Shown here one piece after another: positions 19,565-28,315 of a DNA stretch of 64,000 nt. The DNA is taken from the NCBI GenBank assembly GCA_963828705.1, contig CAWHGA010000032.1:7058-71057 (forward strand), in the 5' to 3' direction. Every line of letters starts with the position of its first letter. Position 1 is the first letter of the stretch. The notes below the pieces were generated by a model. The model was not told where the DNA came from and did no database searches. It saw only the letters and a program-made list of their open reading frames with translations. The stretch is from an uncultured delta proteobacterium. Lineage in GTDB: Bacteria; Desulfobacterota; Syntrophobacteria; Syntrophobacterales; Syntrophobacteraceae. The translations under genes and the position numbers were made by a program.

Positions 19565-19660
19565 GTGAACGACCGAAAACACCTTACAGCGCTTGAGGTG
19601 GACAACCTTCTTGCCGCGACTCAGGGGGCAGACCGCGAACGTAGGCCGAACAATCCCTGA
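19565..19660 (+). pseudogene. Possible N-terminal stump of a tyrosine recombinase/integrase
   Basis: The 31-codon ORF VNDRKHLTALEVDNLLAATQGADRERRPNNP* resembles the start of small FimB/XerC-like recombinases (R-K-x-L-T-x-x-E-V-x-x-L-L). Too short to be sure. Confidence 0.3.
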
Positions 19661-20274
19661 TGATTCCCGTTGATGAGCAGGTCAAGGTAGAAGCCCGCCT
19701 GATTCGAGGGACGCTACCGAAATCCGCTGTCATTTGCCACCCCCACCCGCTCTATGGTGGTAGCATGGACAACAACGTGGTGCTGGCGGCTCAAGCGATA
19801 TTCCAGCGGCTAGGGTGGAACGCGGTGCGCTTCAATTTCCGGGGGGTGGGCCGAAGCAGCGGACAGCACGCCGATGGCATGGGTGAACGCGCGGATCTCA
19901 AGGCGGTTTGCCGGTTCTTGCGAAGCCAACCGGGAGAGCCGGACGTGCCGCCGGATAAGGCTGGTATTCTTTGCCTGGTGGGCTACTCCTTTGGCGCCTG
20001 GGTGGCCATGGGTGCCGTTAATGATGGGCTGACCGCCGACTCGCTCATTCTCGTCTCGCCGCCGTTGGATTTCATGCGGTTCGATGGTTTGCAGTTGCCG
20101 CCCATTCCCTGCCTCATCACCCTGGGGGAGCGCGATGACTTCTGCCGAGTAGCCTCGCTTCGCCACTGGCTGGAATGCCAGCCGCAAACAGGCATCCAGC
20201 GGCAGGTGACCACTTTCTCCGGGGTGGATCATTTCTACTGCGGGCCGGGAAGGGCTGCTGCAGGAGGAAATTAG
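19660..20274 (+). CDS. Alpha/beta-fold hydrolase (COG2945-like)
   Basis: Motifs AVICHPHPLYGGSMDNNVV and the nucleophile elbow GYSFGAW. Confidence 0.7.
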   Translation: MIPVDEQVKVEARLIRGTLPKSAVICHPHPLYGGSMDNNVVLAAQAIFQRLGWNAVRFNFRGVGRSSGQHADGMGERADLKAVCRFLRSQPGEPDVPPDKAGILCLVGYSFGAWVAMGAVNDGLTADSLILVSPPLDFMRFDGLQLPPIPCLITLGERDDFCRVASLRHWLECQPQTGIQRQVTTFSGVDHFYCGPGRAAAGGN

Positions 20275-20514
20275 AGGGTTTTTGCAGGGTCCGGGATAGT
20301 CTTCATCCGGTTGGACTGATCCATGCTCTTTCGTTCAAGAAATGGGCTCCAATTTATGAACAGGCCTTTTCCTGAGTTCGGAAAAAGCGCCCGACCCAGA
20401 TACTCCCTTGTGACAAGAAGCGCAAGGAGCGGTATCTGATTGAAACCGGAAGGGGGAACCCCTCCAGGTCGTTCGGACCAGTCTCGGGAAAATCTGGGAT
20501 CTTCCGGTTAAGAA

Positions 20515-20943
20515 TCAGGGCTTAACGGTCACCGTCTTCAGATGTTCCCCGAATTCCCTATCGACTCGAGTCACATGGTTCTTATACCAATTTATGACAA
20601 AATCAATAAGTTCGCTTGGAGTCATATCATTTGTATCAAAGAGCTTCTCTTCCAGTTCAAATACTGTTTTAATGAAGTTATCGTGCTCGCGCTTGTGGTC
20701 GAAAAATTTTGGATATTTATATTTTATCATGTATTTTTCTTCAGTAAAGAAGTGGTTAAATGCGTATTCTCTCAACTTAAGGATATCAGTATAAATCTTA
20801 AGTTTGTCTTTTTCGTCAATAACACTTGTTGCCGAACTGGAATAAATGTCGTAGGTTTTATTAAGCATATCAAGAAATGTTTTGTGCTGTTTATCAATCT
20901 CGTCGATTCCGATGCAATATTTTTCGTGCCATAAAAATGACAT
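20515..20943 (-). CDS. Hemerythrin-like metal-binding protein (bacteriohemerythrin)
   Basis: W.EKYCIGIDEIDKQHK...H...FFTEEKYM...YPKFFDHKREHDNF matches the hemerythrin His/Glu ligand pattern. The gene is conspicuously AT-rich relative to its flanks. Confidence 0.85.
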   Translation of the reverse strand: MSFLWHEKYCIGIDEIDKQHKTFLDMLNKTYDIYSSSATSVIDEKDKLKIYTDILKLREYAFNHFFTEEKYMIKYKYPKFFDHKREHDNFIKTVFELEEKLFDTNDMTPSELIDFVINWYKNHVTRVDREFGEHLKTVTVKP

Positions 20944-21189
20944 AAGCCTCCTCCATGTTATTCATACCAATGTCAAGGTTGTCATATACTGTCTATTTTA
21001 GACAATAACCGATGGGAAAAACCTTATCAAGCTGATCGTTCCAATGAGGCAAACGCTCATTACAGAGCACACGAGAGCACGGAGAAAAGGGATTGACGGC
21101 TCCTAACTGTTGCGGGCTGCAGCAGGTTCTTTGGGAGAGCTTTTTCTGCAGCCATTCCCCGTGTTCTCTGTGCTCACTGTGGTGAACGG

Positions 21190-21528
21190 TCACTCAAGTT
21201 CCGACTCCATTTCGTCAAATACATCTTCGATCTCATACAGAAGCCGGTCAACCAACGCGAGATTCCAGTTGGCCATGCTTTCTTCAACGCTCTTGTGGAT
21301 CTTCAGGAGTTTTTCTCTATGTCGGAGGAGCACTTCTCTGAGTGGTGTTCCCTCAAAGCGATACAAAAGCTGATCGAACTGACCCACCAGTTCATAGAGT
21401 GAGGGATCCCTGCTCACCAGATCCGAATCCAGATACCCCAAATGACGCGCCAGTTTATGGTAGGTCCCTTGCAGGCCTTTTTGATAGTAAGGGCGTACGG
21501 TAACCGTAAGCTGCATATATTTGCTCAT
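21190..21528 (-). CDS. Hypothetical protein (112 aa)
   Basis: A clean ORF with codon usage distinct from the antisense frames. No family recognised. Confidence 0.45.
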   Translation of the reverse strand: MSKYMQLTVTVRPYYQKGLQGTYHKLARHLGYLDSDLVSRDPSLYELVGQFDQLLYRFEGTPLREVLLRHREKLLKIHKSVEESMANWNLALVDRLLYEIEDVFDEMESELE

Positions 21529-21947
21529 GCTGGTCTCCCTTTCCCTGTCGGTCCTATTTGATTTCTGATCTTGGTTTTTAAAATTCCTCGAACCATGAGG
21601 AGCATACGCAGCGCGCCGGTTGAGTCTGTGCCTGCGAAACGGTTTTGTTCAACCAAGGATTGTGGGGCCAACCGAGCGGCATCAGCTTGCATGCGGTGTC
21701 ACTTGCCGATAAACTTGCTCAGCCACAGGATGATCCAAACCAAAATGATGCCGCCCCACACCCGCTTGGTATTCTCTTGGATGGGTTCATTTGTTCCAAT
21801 GAGCATGAGGGATAGAAGGTTTCGTAGTCGGCACCAACGGTTTCTGCCAGCGCGCACAGATGTCAACAAGCCAGGTGGGCGACTTCGTACGATTCGCCCT
21901 GCTCCGCAGCGACGAACAGTCGTTGCTATGACGGCGGTGAATGTTCT

Positions 21948-22757
21948 TTAATCGCGAAGAGCGGTACTGAAAAACTCGTGTGCCATTCCGTTCAGCTCAT
22001 CGCGGCATTCCACGTGCAAGGCATGGCCAGCCCTCGGGATTTCCGTCAGCAGGGCGCCGGGAATCAAGCGCGCCAGTGTGGTGGCATTCGCTGGCGGCAC
22101 CAGCATATCGGCGGTGCCGGTCAACACCCGAGTGGGGATGGCCAGACGCCCCAAGCGGTCGCAACAATCAAAGGTGCGAATGGCATCGACCTGACTGTGG
22201 AAGGCATGGGGGGGCTGGAGGGGTGCGCTCAACTGCGCCTGTCGGTAGAGCTCGACCCTTTCTGGGTGCGCCTCCAGGAAATGGGCACTGAAAAAGAACG
22301 GCAGATTCTTGTCGACGATTTGTTCGATCGAAAGTCCTTCGTTGTTGACGAATCGAGCCAGGATCTCGGGGTTGGGTGAGATCCGTTTGCTGCCGCCACA
22401 ATGAGTACAGCCCAACACCAGAGCGTCAATCCGATCTCCCGCCAGGAGCGCCAGTTCCTGGGCGATCATGCCGCCCATGGAAAGCCCCAGAACGAAGGTT
22501 CTGGCTACTTGGAGGTGGTCCAGCAGGCCCAACAGATCAGCAGCAAATTGGTTGATTCGGTAGGGTCCCGGTGGCATGCCGGATCGGCCCGCACCCCGGT
22601 TGTCCACGGCAATGACGTGGTAATGCCGGGCAAAGAAGGGGACTTGCCCAAACCAGGACCAGGTGCCGCCTCCCAGTCCGCTGACGAGCAGCAGGTCCGG
22701 GCCGTCCCCGGCCAGTTGGTAATGGAGTCGGATGTCGTTGCTTTCGCAGTAAGGCAT
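21948..22757 (-). CDS. Alpha/beta hydrolase (haloalkane dehalogenase/esterase-like fold)
   Basis: An internal start MPYCESNDIRLHYQLAGDGPDLLLVSGLGGG, the nucleophile elbow GLSMGG, and a C-terminal GH pair (RAGHALHVE). The upstream 74 codons of the ORF-track entry run through a REP unit and are rejected. Confidence 0.8.
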   Translation of the reverse strand: MPYCESNDIRLHYQLAGDGPDLLLVSGLGGGTWSWFGQVPFFARHYHVIAVDNRGAGRSGMPPGPYRINQFAADLLGLLDHLQVARTFVLGLSMGGMIAQELALLAGDRIDALVLGCTHCGGSKRISPNPEILARFVNNEGLSIEQIVDKNLPFFFSAHFLEAHPERVELYRQAQLSAPLQPPHAFHSQVDAIRTFDCCDRLGRLAIPTRVLTGTADMLVPPANATTLARLIPGALLTEIPRAGHALHVECRDELNGMAHEFFSTALRD

Positions 22758-22871
22758 GATATTCCTCGATGATGGTGAACAATCCCTCAGACGATGGTGA
22801 TTGTGCCAGTGTGTCGGTGTGCTAATCCCAATACAGTTGACTTGGGTAAATTCACGTCGTCCCACACCGTC

Positions 22872-22938
22872 TCTCCGGCGCAAGCCGGGGTCCAGAAGTG
22901 CTCGAAAAGACCGGATTCCGGCTTTCGTCGGAATGACG
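22872..22938. repeat. REP-like unit, second sub-family
   Basis: TCCGGCGCAAGCCGGGGTCCAGAAGTGCTCGAAAAGACCGGATTCCGGCTTTCGTCGGAATGACG. Compare 16384-16452. Confidence 0.7.
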
Positions 22939-23234
22939 AACAGGGCCTGCCCCGGACACGATCCGAGGGGCTCCCACATTAAGGTCAGAATTGGAGCTAA
23001 CCCGCTGCACGGGTAAGCATCCTATTCATATGGTATGGATGGGTGTACTGTAAGGGCGGGTTCCAGTCAACGGTTTGACGGTTCTTTCTCGGGTCGCTTG
23101 GACTGTTGGATTGCTGTTGCTCCTCGCAGGATTGTGTAATATCTTGAGAAATTAGCAGATGCGTGATCGTGTCCACAATGAACAACCTCAGCCGGTTCTT
23201 ATTTGGTTGTAGGCAAAGAAAGGAGCTGAATCCC

Positions 23235-23924
23235 ATGAGGTCGATCGTTCCAAGGTGTTTCCTCCTGTTGATTTTTTTGGCACTTTGTCTGTGGGCCATT
23301 CCGGTTTTTGCCGGAAGCTCTGAAGACGGAAAGGTCGAACAGGCTACTGGGGTCTTGGGGGAAATCATGGCCATCCCCGAAGATTCGATCCCGCCTTCCC
23401 TCCTGCAGAGTGCTCGCGGTATAGTGATCATCCCGGGACTGGTCAAGATCGGGTATCTCGTAGGAGGCCGCTATGGCACCGGGGTTTTGATGGTGCGGGA
23501 CCGAAAGGGGAACTGGAGCAATCCCAGTTTCGTGTATCTCGGCGGCGGCAGCTTCGGCTTGCAGATTGGGGTGCAATCCACCGACGTGATCCTGGTCTTT
23601 CGAACCCGACGCAGCATCGACAATATCAAGCGCGGCAAGTTCACCCTTGGGGCTGATGCTGCGGTAGCCGCCGGTCCGGTAGGACGGCGCGCGGAAGCCT
23701 CCACCGATATTCAGCTCAAGGCTGAGATCCTTTCCTATTCCCGCAGCCGCGGGCTGTTTGCCGGAGTCTCCCTGGAAGGCGCCGTTCTTGGCATCGACGA
23801 TGATAGCAATCGGGAATTCTACGGCCGTAGCATTACTGCCGGGGAAATCTTGGAAGGCAAGGTGCCGAAGGTCCCTGAAGCAGCCGGCCGTTTGCGCAAA
23901 ACACTTGATAAAATCAGCCGTTAG
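23235..23924 (+). CDS. Secreted SYLF (Ysc84/DUF500) lipid-binding domain protein
   Basis: Signal peptide MRSIVPRCFLLLIFLALCLWAIPVFA. SYLF-like motifs GIVIIPGLVKIGYLVGGRYGTGVL, GGGSFGLQIG and LGADAAVAAGPVGR. SD AAGGAG upstream. Confidence 0.8.
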   Translation: MRSIVPRCFLLLIFLALCLWAIPVFAGSSEDGKVEQATGVLGEIMAIPEDSIPPSLLQSARGIVIIPGLVKIGYLVGGRYGTGVLMVRDRKGNWSNPSFVYLGGGSFGLQIGVQSTDVILVFRTRRSIDNIKRGKFTLGADAAVAAGPVGRRAEASTDIQLKAEILSYSRSRGLFAGVSLEGAVLGIDDDSNREFYGRSITAGEILEGKVPKVPEAAGRLRKTLDKISR

Positions 23925-24075
23925 AGCGGCGCATGTGCACATGCTATTGGGATGTGAGATTATCGGGCTATCCGCTGCGCGACAGGGTGCGCCTCCGCTC
24001 TTTGTTGTGCGAGAAGCTGAATCAAAGGCATGAGATGATAGGGAGGGCCGTCACCAGAAGGTTCTGCAACACATT

Positions 24076-24297
24076 TTGATGAAGAAGGGAGATGCCAACG
24101 TCCCCTTCGATGGATTGTGCCAGCTTCTGCACCAGCTGGGCTTCGAGTGGCGGATCAAGGGTGACCACCATATCTTCCCAAAGAAAGGGGTGGAGGAAAT
24201 CGTTAACCTGCAGTCAAAGGGGACGAAGCCGAAACCCTATCAAGTGAAGCAGGTCGGGGATCTTGTTGTCCGATACGGCCTGAAGCTGGAGGAGTAG
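24076..24297 (+). CDS. hicA: HicA-like mRNA interferase toxin
   Basis: F..LCQLLHQLGFEWRIKGDHHIFPK...KPKPYQVKQV matches the HicA pattern (G-[SD]-H-H-I-F). It lies directly upstream of hicB. The start (TTG 24076 or ATG 24079) is uncertain. Confidence 0.7.
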   Translation: MMKKGDANVPFDGLCQLLHQLGFEWRIKGDHHIFPKKGVEEIVNLQSKGTKPKPYQVKQVGDLVVRYGLKLEE

Positions 24298-24300
24298 CCT

Positions 24301-24513
24301 ATGGGCTGGAAATACGAAATGATCGTCTACTGGAGCAATGAAGACCAGGCTTATATCGTTGAGGTTCCGGAACTACCCGGTTGTATGGCCGATGGGCCGA
24401 CTTATCAAGAAGCCGTTTGCAATGCTGAGTTGATCATCGGCGAGTGGATTGAAACGGCACAAGAGCTTGGTAAACCCATTCCCGAGCCCAGAGGGAAGTT
24501 GATGTACGCCTGA
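24301..24513 (+). CDS. hicB: HicB-family antitoxin (UPF0150 fold only, no obvious DNA-binding tail)
   Basis: YIVEVPELPGCMADGPTYQEAVCNAELIIGEWIE is the classic HicB N-domain. Confidence 0.8.
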   Translation: MGWKYEMIVYWSNEDQAYIVEVPELPGCMADGPTYQEAVCNAELIIGEWIETAQELGKPIPEPRGKLMYA

Positions 24514-24938
24514 CCATCAGCCGGGAAGGGCGCAACCCACTTTTTGAAACGTCTCGATCATCCTGGTCAGCAACGGAATCAGTTCTACCGGCGATTCTGG
24601 CATCCGCCAACTCGGATGCTACGGGATGATCCTGTAGCGCTCTAATTCCTCTTTGCCCGCCTTTTTCCATCAGTTTCTTCCAACTCCTTCCAAAGGTGAA
24701 TTCCAAGTTAAAGTTTCCTGTCAATCCGGGTCTGCACCATGCCGATCGCGAGATAATCGCTTAGATAGCCGGGTATGACCGTGCTTCAAGCCATGGGTTG
24801 GCTGAAATAGCCTGTGTGATGGGGTTTGTTGGAGTATAAATTAGTCCCGTTAAAGGTTCAGATATAGTCATTTTTGAATACCCCTCCAGATTTTTCTGGG
24901 GTATCGTTGTTTTTGCGACTTCTATTTCTGAATTGCGC

Positions 24939-24966
24939 TTGACATGCTCGAGCCTGCGCGTAGAAT
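24939..24966 (+). promoter_or_regulatory. Sigma70-like promoter upstream of the oxidoreductase operon
   Basis: TTGACA (24939-24944), 16-nt spacer, TAGAAT (24961-24966). Confidence 0.5.
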
Positions 24967-25014
24967 GACAACCCTGCGCAATCATGGAACGACCAAAGAT
25001 TGGGGATGGTTTTT

Positions 25015-25347
25015 ATGAAATACTGGCGAGTGCCTCTGGATGTCGATGAGGTTCTGGTTTCTCGCGGGATCGTGCACATTGTCGAGGAACGCTGCAAAGG
25101 GTGTGGCTACTGTATTGCCTACTGCCCGCGGGATGTGTTGGAACTGTCCAACCGCTTCAACAGTAAAGGGTATCACCCTCCTGCCGTTAAGAAACCGGAC
25201 GATTGCGTCAATTGTCATTACTGCGAAATCATCTGTCCGGATTTCGCCATCTTTTCGGTGGAAACACCACCGGCATCGCAAGCCGGCGCCGGCGGTTTGA
25301 TTGCTGGCCACCCTTGGGGCGGCGACCGCGGGAAAGCTTTGTTCTGA
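25015..25347 (+). CDS. 2-oxoacid:ferredoxin oxidoreductase delta subunit (2x[4Fe-4S] ferredoxin, KorD-like)
   Basis: CKGCGYCIAYCP and CVNCHYCEIICP. First gene of the four-gene set. Confidence 0.8.
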   Translation: MKYWRVPLDVDEVLVSRGIVHIVEERCKGCGYCIAYCPRDVLELSNRFNSKGYHPPAVKKPDDCVNCHYCEIICPDFAIFSVETPPASQAGAGGLIAGHPWGGDRGKALF

Positions 25348-25508
25348 GGCCTCAGTTTCTGCGACGGCCATATAGCCGGTGCGGCGGCAAGCGTCGGCCC
25401 GGTCCCGGCGGTGGATACGGCCCGGTCGAGGTTGCCGATGGGAATGGAGTGCTTTTCTTGCGTGATTCCAGGTGATCTTTTTCGGTCCTGGCGGAGTGAA
25501 AGGTTCGT

Positions 25509-26654
25509 ATGAAACCAGCAGTTCTTACCGGAGAACATTTCATCACCGGGGATGAGGCCTGCGCTGAAGGCGCATTGGCGGCCGGATGTCGTTTCTTCGG
25601 TGGCTATCCCATCACGCCGGCGACTGAAATTGCTGAACACATGGCGGCACGTCTCCCCGATGTGGGCGGAACCTTCATCCAGATGGAGGACGAAATCGCA
25701 GCCATGGCTGCGGTTTTGGGAGCGTCCTGTGCCGGGGTCAAGAGTATGACCGCAACGTCGGGACCCGGTTTCAGTCTGATGATGGAAAACCTTGGGCTGG
25801 GGATCTGCACCGAAACCCCCTGCGTGGTGGTCAATGTCCAGCGTGCCGGGCCATCCACCGGTTTGCCCACGCTGGGGGCTCAGGGCGACATGATGCAGGC
25901 GCGCTGGGGATCGCATGGCCACTACGAAATCATCGCTCTGGCTCCGGCATCGCCGCAGGAGATCTTTTATCAGACCATTCTGGCGTTCAACCTCAGTGAG
26001 GCCTACCGGACCCCGGTGCTGATCATGGCCGATGAAGTGGTGGGGCATCTCAGCGAACGAGTGGTCATTCCCGAGGCTGAAGCCATCAGGACGGTTTCCC
26101 GACCCCGGGCCAAGGGCCGCAAGGATCGTTTCAAACCCTTTCAGGCAGGTCCCAACGGTGTGGCGCCCATGGCCAATGCTGGCGATGGCTATGCGGTCCA
26201 TATTACCGGGCTGACCCACGACGAACGCGGCTATCCGGCCATGTCGGCGGAGGCCCATGTCGAGATGCTGGAACGGCTCACCGGGAAAATCCGGCGCAAT
26301 CTCCATGATATCATCCATACCGAGCGGTACCGTCTCGACGATGCCGACATTGCCATCGTTTCTTATGGGGTTTCGTCGCGAAGCAGCCTGGCGGCGGTGG
26401 ACGAAGCTCGCGATATGGGGATCAAGGTTGGGTTGCTGCGGCTCATTACTGTCTGGCCGTTTCCGGAACAACAAGTCCGAGCCTTGGCTGAGCGTGTGCG
26501 CGGCTTGGTGACGGTGGAAATCAACCTGGGCCAGATCCATCTGGAAGTGGAGCGCTGCGCGGCCGGCAAAGCTCCGGCCTATCTGGTGGGCCATGCGGGC
26601 GGCGCGGTGATTTCTCCCGACCAGATTATAGAGACCCTAAAAGGGATTGGGTGA
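25509..26654 (+). CDS. 2-oxoacid:ferredoxin oxidoreductase alpha subunit (KorA-like)
   Basis: Motifs GDEACAEGALAAGCRFFGGYPITPATEI, MEDEIAAMAAVLGAS and TATSGPGFSLM. Confidence 0.9.
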   Translation: MKPAVLTGEHFITGDEACAEGALAAGCRFFGGYPITPATEIAEHMAARLPDVGGTFIQMEDEIAAMAAVLGASCAGVKSMTATSGPGFSLMMENLGLGICTETPCVVVNVQRAGPSTGLPTLGAQGDMMQARWGSHGHYEIIALAPASPQEIFYQTILAFNLSEAYRTPVLIMADEVVGHLSERVVIPEAEAIRTVSRPRAKGRKDRFKPFQAGPNGVAPMANAGDGYAVHITGLTHDERGYPAMSAEAHVEMLERLTGKIRRNLHDIIHTERYRLDDADIAIVSYGVSSRSSLAAVDEARDMGIKVGLLRLITVWPFPEQQVRALAERVRGLVTVEINLGQIHLEVERCAAGKAPAYLVGHAGGAVISPDQIIETLKGIG

Positions 26655-26837
26655 TGTCCCACAAGGCTCGAAGTGATCGGGAGGGCGGAAACCCTCCCCT
26701 ACGTGTTACGCAACACAACCCAAATGCAGGGGTGCTGCCTCTAAGAGCCGCCCAAAAGAATTGTCCCCGCTGCCTCAGACTCGTCGAGGACGGGTTTGAG
26801 CGGAGAATCTGGTATTAGCGGTGGTATGGGAGGATTC

Positions 26838-27692
26838 ATGGAAAAGACCAAGGGGCGAGTAGAACATCCGCTTGATCGGCTGCTCCGAACCGATCGCATT
26901 CCGCACATCTGGTGCCCGGGGTGCGGGATCGGCACGGCGTTTTCGGCGACCCTGGTGGCCATGCAAAACGCCGGGATCGACTTGCAGAAGACCGTCATGG
27001 TTTCCGGGATCGGCTGTTCCGGCCGCGGTGCCGGGTACGTCAAGCTGGATTCCTATCATACCACTCATGGGCGGGCCATCCCTTTCGCCACTGGCATGAA
27101 ACTCGGCAATCCCGAACTCAACGTGGTGGTGTTCAGCGGCGACGGTGATCTGTTTGCCATCGGCGGCAACCATTTCATTCATGCTGCGCGCCGCAACATC
27201 GACCTCACCGTGATCTGCGTCAACAACCTGAACTACGGCATGACCGGTGGGCAGGTGGCGGCCACCACTCCCCACATGGCCAAGACCACCACGACGCCTC
27301 GCGGCAATCACGAACAGCCCTTCAGTCTGCCACTGCTGGCCTTCGCTTCCGGGGCCACCTACGTGGCGCGTTGGACCATGCTGCACACCCGGGACCTCAC
27401 CAAGAGCGTCGAAGAAGCCCTGCAGCGCCGCGGTTTTTCCTTCATCGAGGTGTTGGCGCCCTGTCCCACGGGCTATGGACGCCGCAACAAGGAGAAGCCC
27501 CTCGATAGCCTCAAGCTCTATCAGGAACGCACCATCATCCGTAATGGTGCTCATCCCACCGAGGTGACCCTGGATTTCGAGCATGGCATCACCCTGGGCA
27601 ACTTTATCGATATCGAACGGCCTACCTGCATCGAGTCCTACGACCGCACCTGCCGTCCCTATCCAGTTTTGGAGGAAAGGAAGGCGTCATGA
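26838..27692 (+). CDS. 2-oxoacid:ferredoxin oxidoreductase beta subunit (TPP-binding, KorB-like)
   Basis: Motifs WCPGCGIG, GIGCSGR and GDGDLFAIGGNHFIHAARRN. ATG at 26838 after GGGAGG. Confidence 0.9.
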   Translation: MEKTKGRVEHPLDRLLRTDRIPHIWCPGCGIGTAFSATLVAMQNAGIDLQKTVMVSGIGCSGRGAGYVKLDSYHTTHGRAIPFATGMKLGNPELNVVVFSGDGDLFAIGGNHFIHAARRNIDLTVICVNNLNYGMTGGQVAATTPHMAKTTTTPRGNHEQPFSLPLLAFASGATYVARWTMLHTRDLTKSVEEALQRRGFSFIEVLAPCPTGYGRRNKEKPLDSLKLYQERTIIRNGAHPTEVTLDFEHGITLGNFIDIERPTCIESYDRTCRPYPVLEERKAS

Positions 27693-28315
27693 TGACACTC
27701 GCGACGGTGTCGGCAACCACGACAGCCGGCTTGCGCCGGGAAATCATCTTCACCGGTTTTGGCGGGCAGGGCATTGTGCTGGCCGGGCGCATTGTGGGCG
27801 AAGCCGCCAGCCTGGGTGATCACCGGGAAAGTACTCTGACTCAGTCCTATGGCCCGGAAGCCCGCGGCGGTGCCTGCAGTGCTCATGTGATCATAGCCGA
27901 CGGCACTATCCACTACCCCTATGTGCGCCGGCCCGACATCCTGGTGTGCATGTCCCAGGGGGGCTACGACAAATTCGGTGACCTGCTTAAGGACAACGGC
28001 ATTCTCCTCACCGATGAAGACCTGGTAGCGTCGGTGAACCCTTCGGCAGGCACTCAGTTCTTTCCGATTCCCGCAACCCGTATGGCTGAGGAACAGGGCC
28101 GCAAAATGATGGCCAACATCGTCATGGTGGGGTTCTTTACTGCGGTTACCGGCGTCCTGTCCATCGAATCGGCACGCGCAGCAGTGGCCGCGGCGGTGCC
28201 CAAGAATACCATCGACATGAATCTGAACGCTTTCACCAAGGGCCACGACTACGGGCTGGCTGTTCTCAAGGGGCGGATGAAGAAAGCGGAAGGCAAAAAA
28301 GGAGCCCGCGGATGA
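27689..28315 (+). CDS. 2-oxoacid:ferredoxin oxidoreductase gamma subunit (KorC-like)
   Basis: Motifs GFGGQGIVLAGRIVGEAA and SYGPEARGGA. The start overlaps the korB-like stop. Confidence 0.9.
   Translation: MMTLATVSATTTAGLRREIIFTGFGGQGIVLAGRIVGEAASLGDHRESTLTQSYGPEARGGACSAHVIIADGTIHYPYVRRPDILVCMSQGGYDKFGDLLKDNGILLTDEDLVASVNPSAGTQFFPIPATRMAEEQGRKMMANIVMVGFFTAVTGVLSIESARAAVAAAVPKNTIDMNLNAFTKGHDYGLAVLKGRMKKAEGKKGARG

Noticed and set aside
21699-21806. 35-aa minus-strand mini-ORF MLIGTNEPIQENTKRVWGGIILVWIILWLSKFIGK with one hydrophobic helix.
   Set aside because: No SD sequence, no recognisable family, and it could be chance. It is noted only as a possible small membrane protein.
22758-22979. N-terminal 74 codons of the ORF-track entry 21948..22979.
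   Set aside because: This extension crosses the REP unit at 22872-22938. The hydrolase fold starts at MPYCESNDIRLHY (22757).
24434-24724. 96-aa minus-strand ORF overlapping the hicB 3' end.
   Set aside because: It overlaps a well-supported gene, and it has no motifs and no SD.
25218-26594. 458-aa ORF antisense to the korA-like gene. Similar long antisense ORFs are 10190..11227, 31938..33065, 46220..47650, 58586..60088 (partly) and 62538..63614.
   Set aside because: These are typical high-GC antisense artefacts: Arg/Gly/Pro/His-rich low-complexity translations with no motifs. The opposite strand carries clearly recognisable genes.
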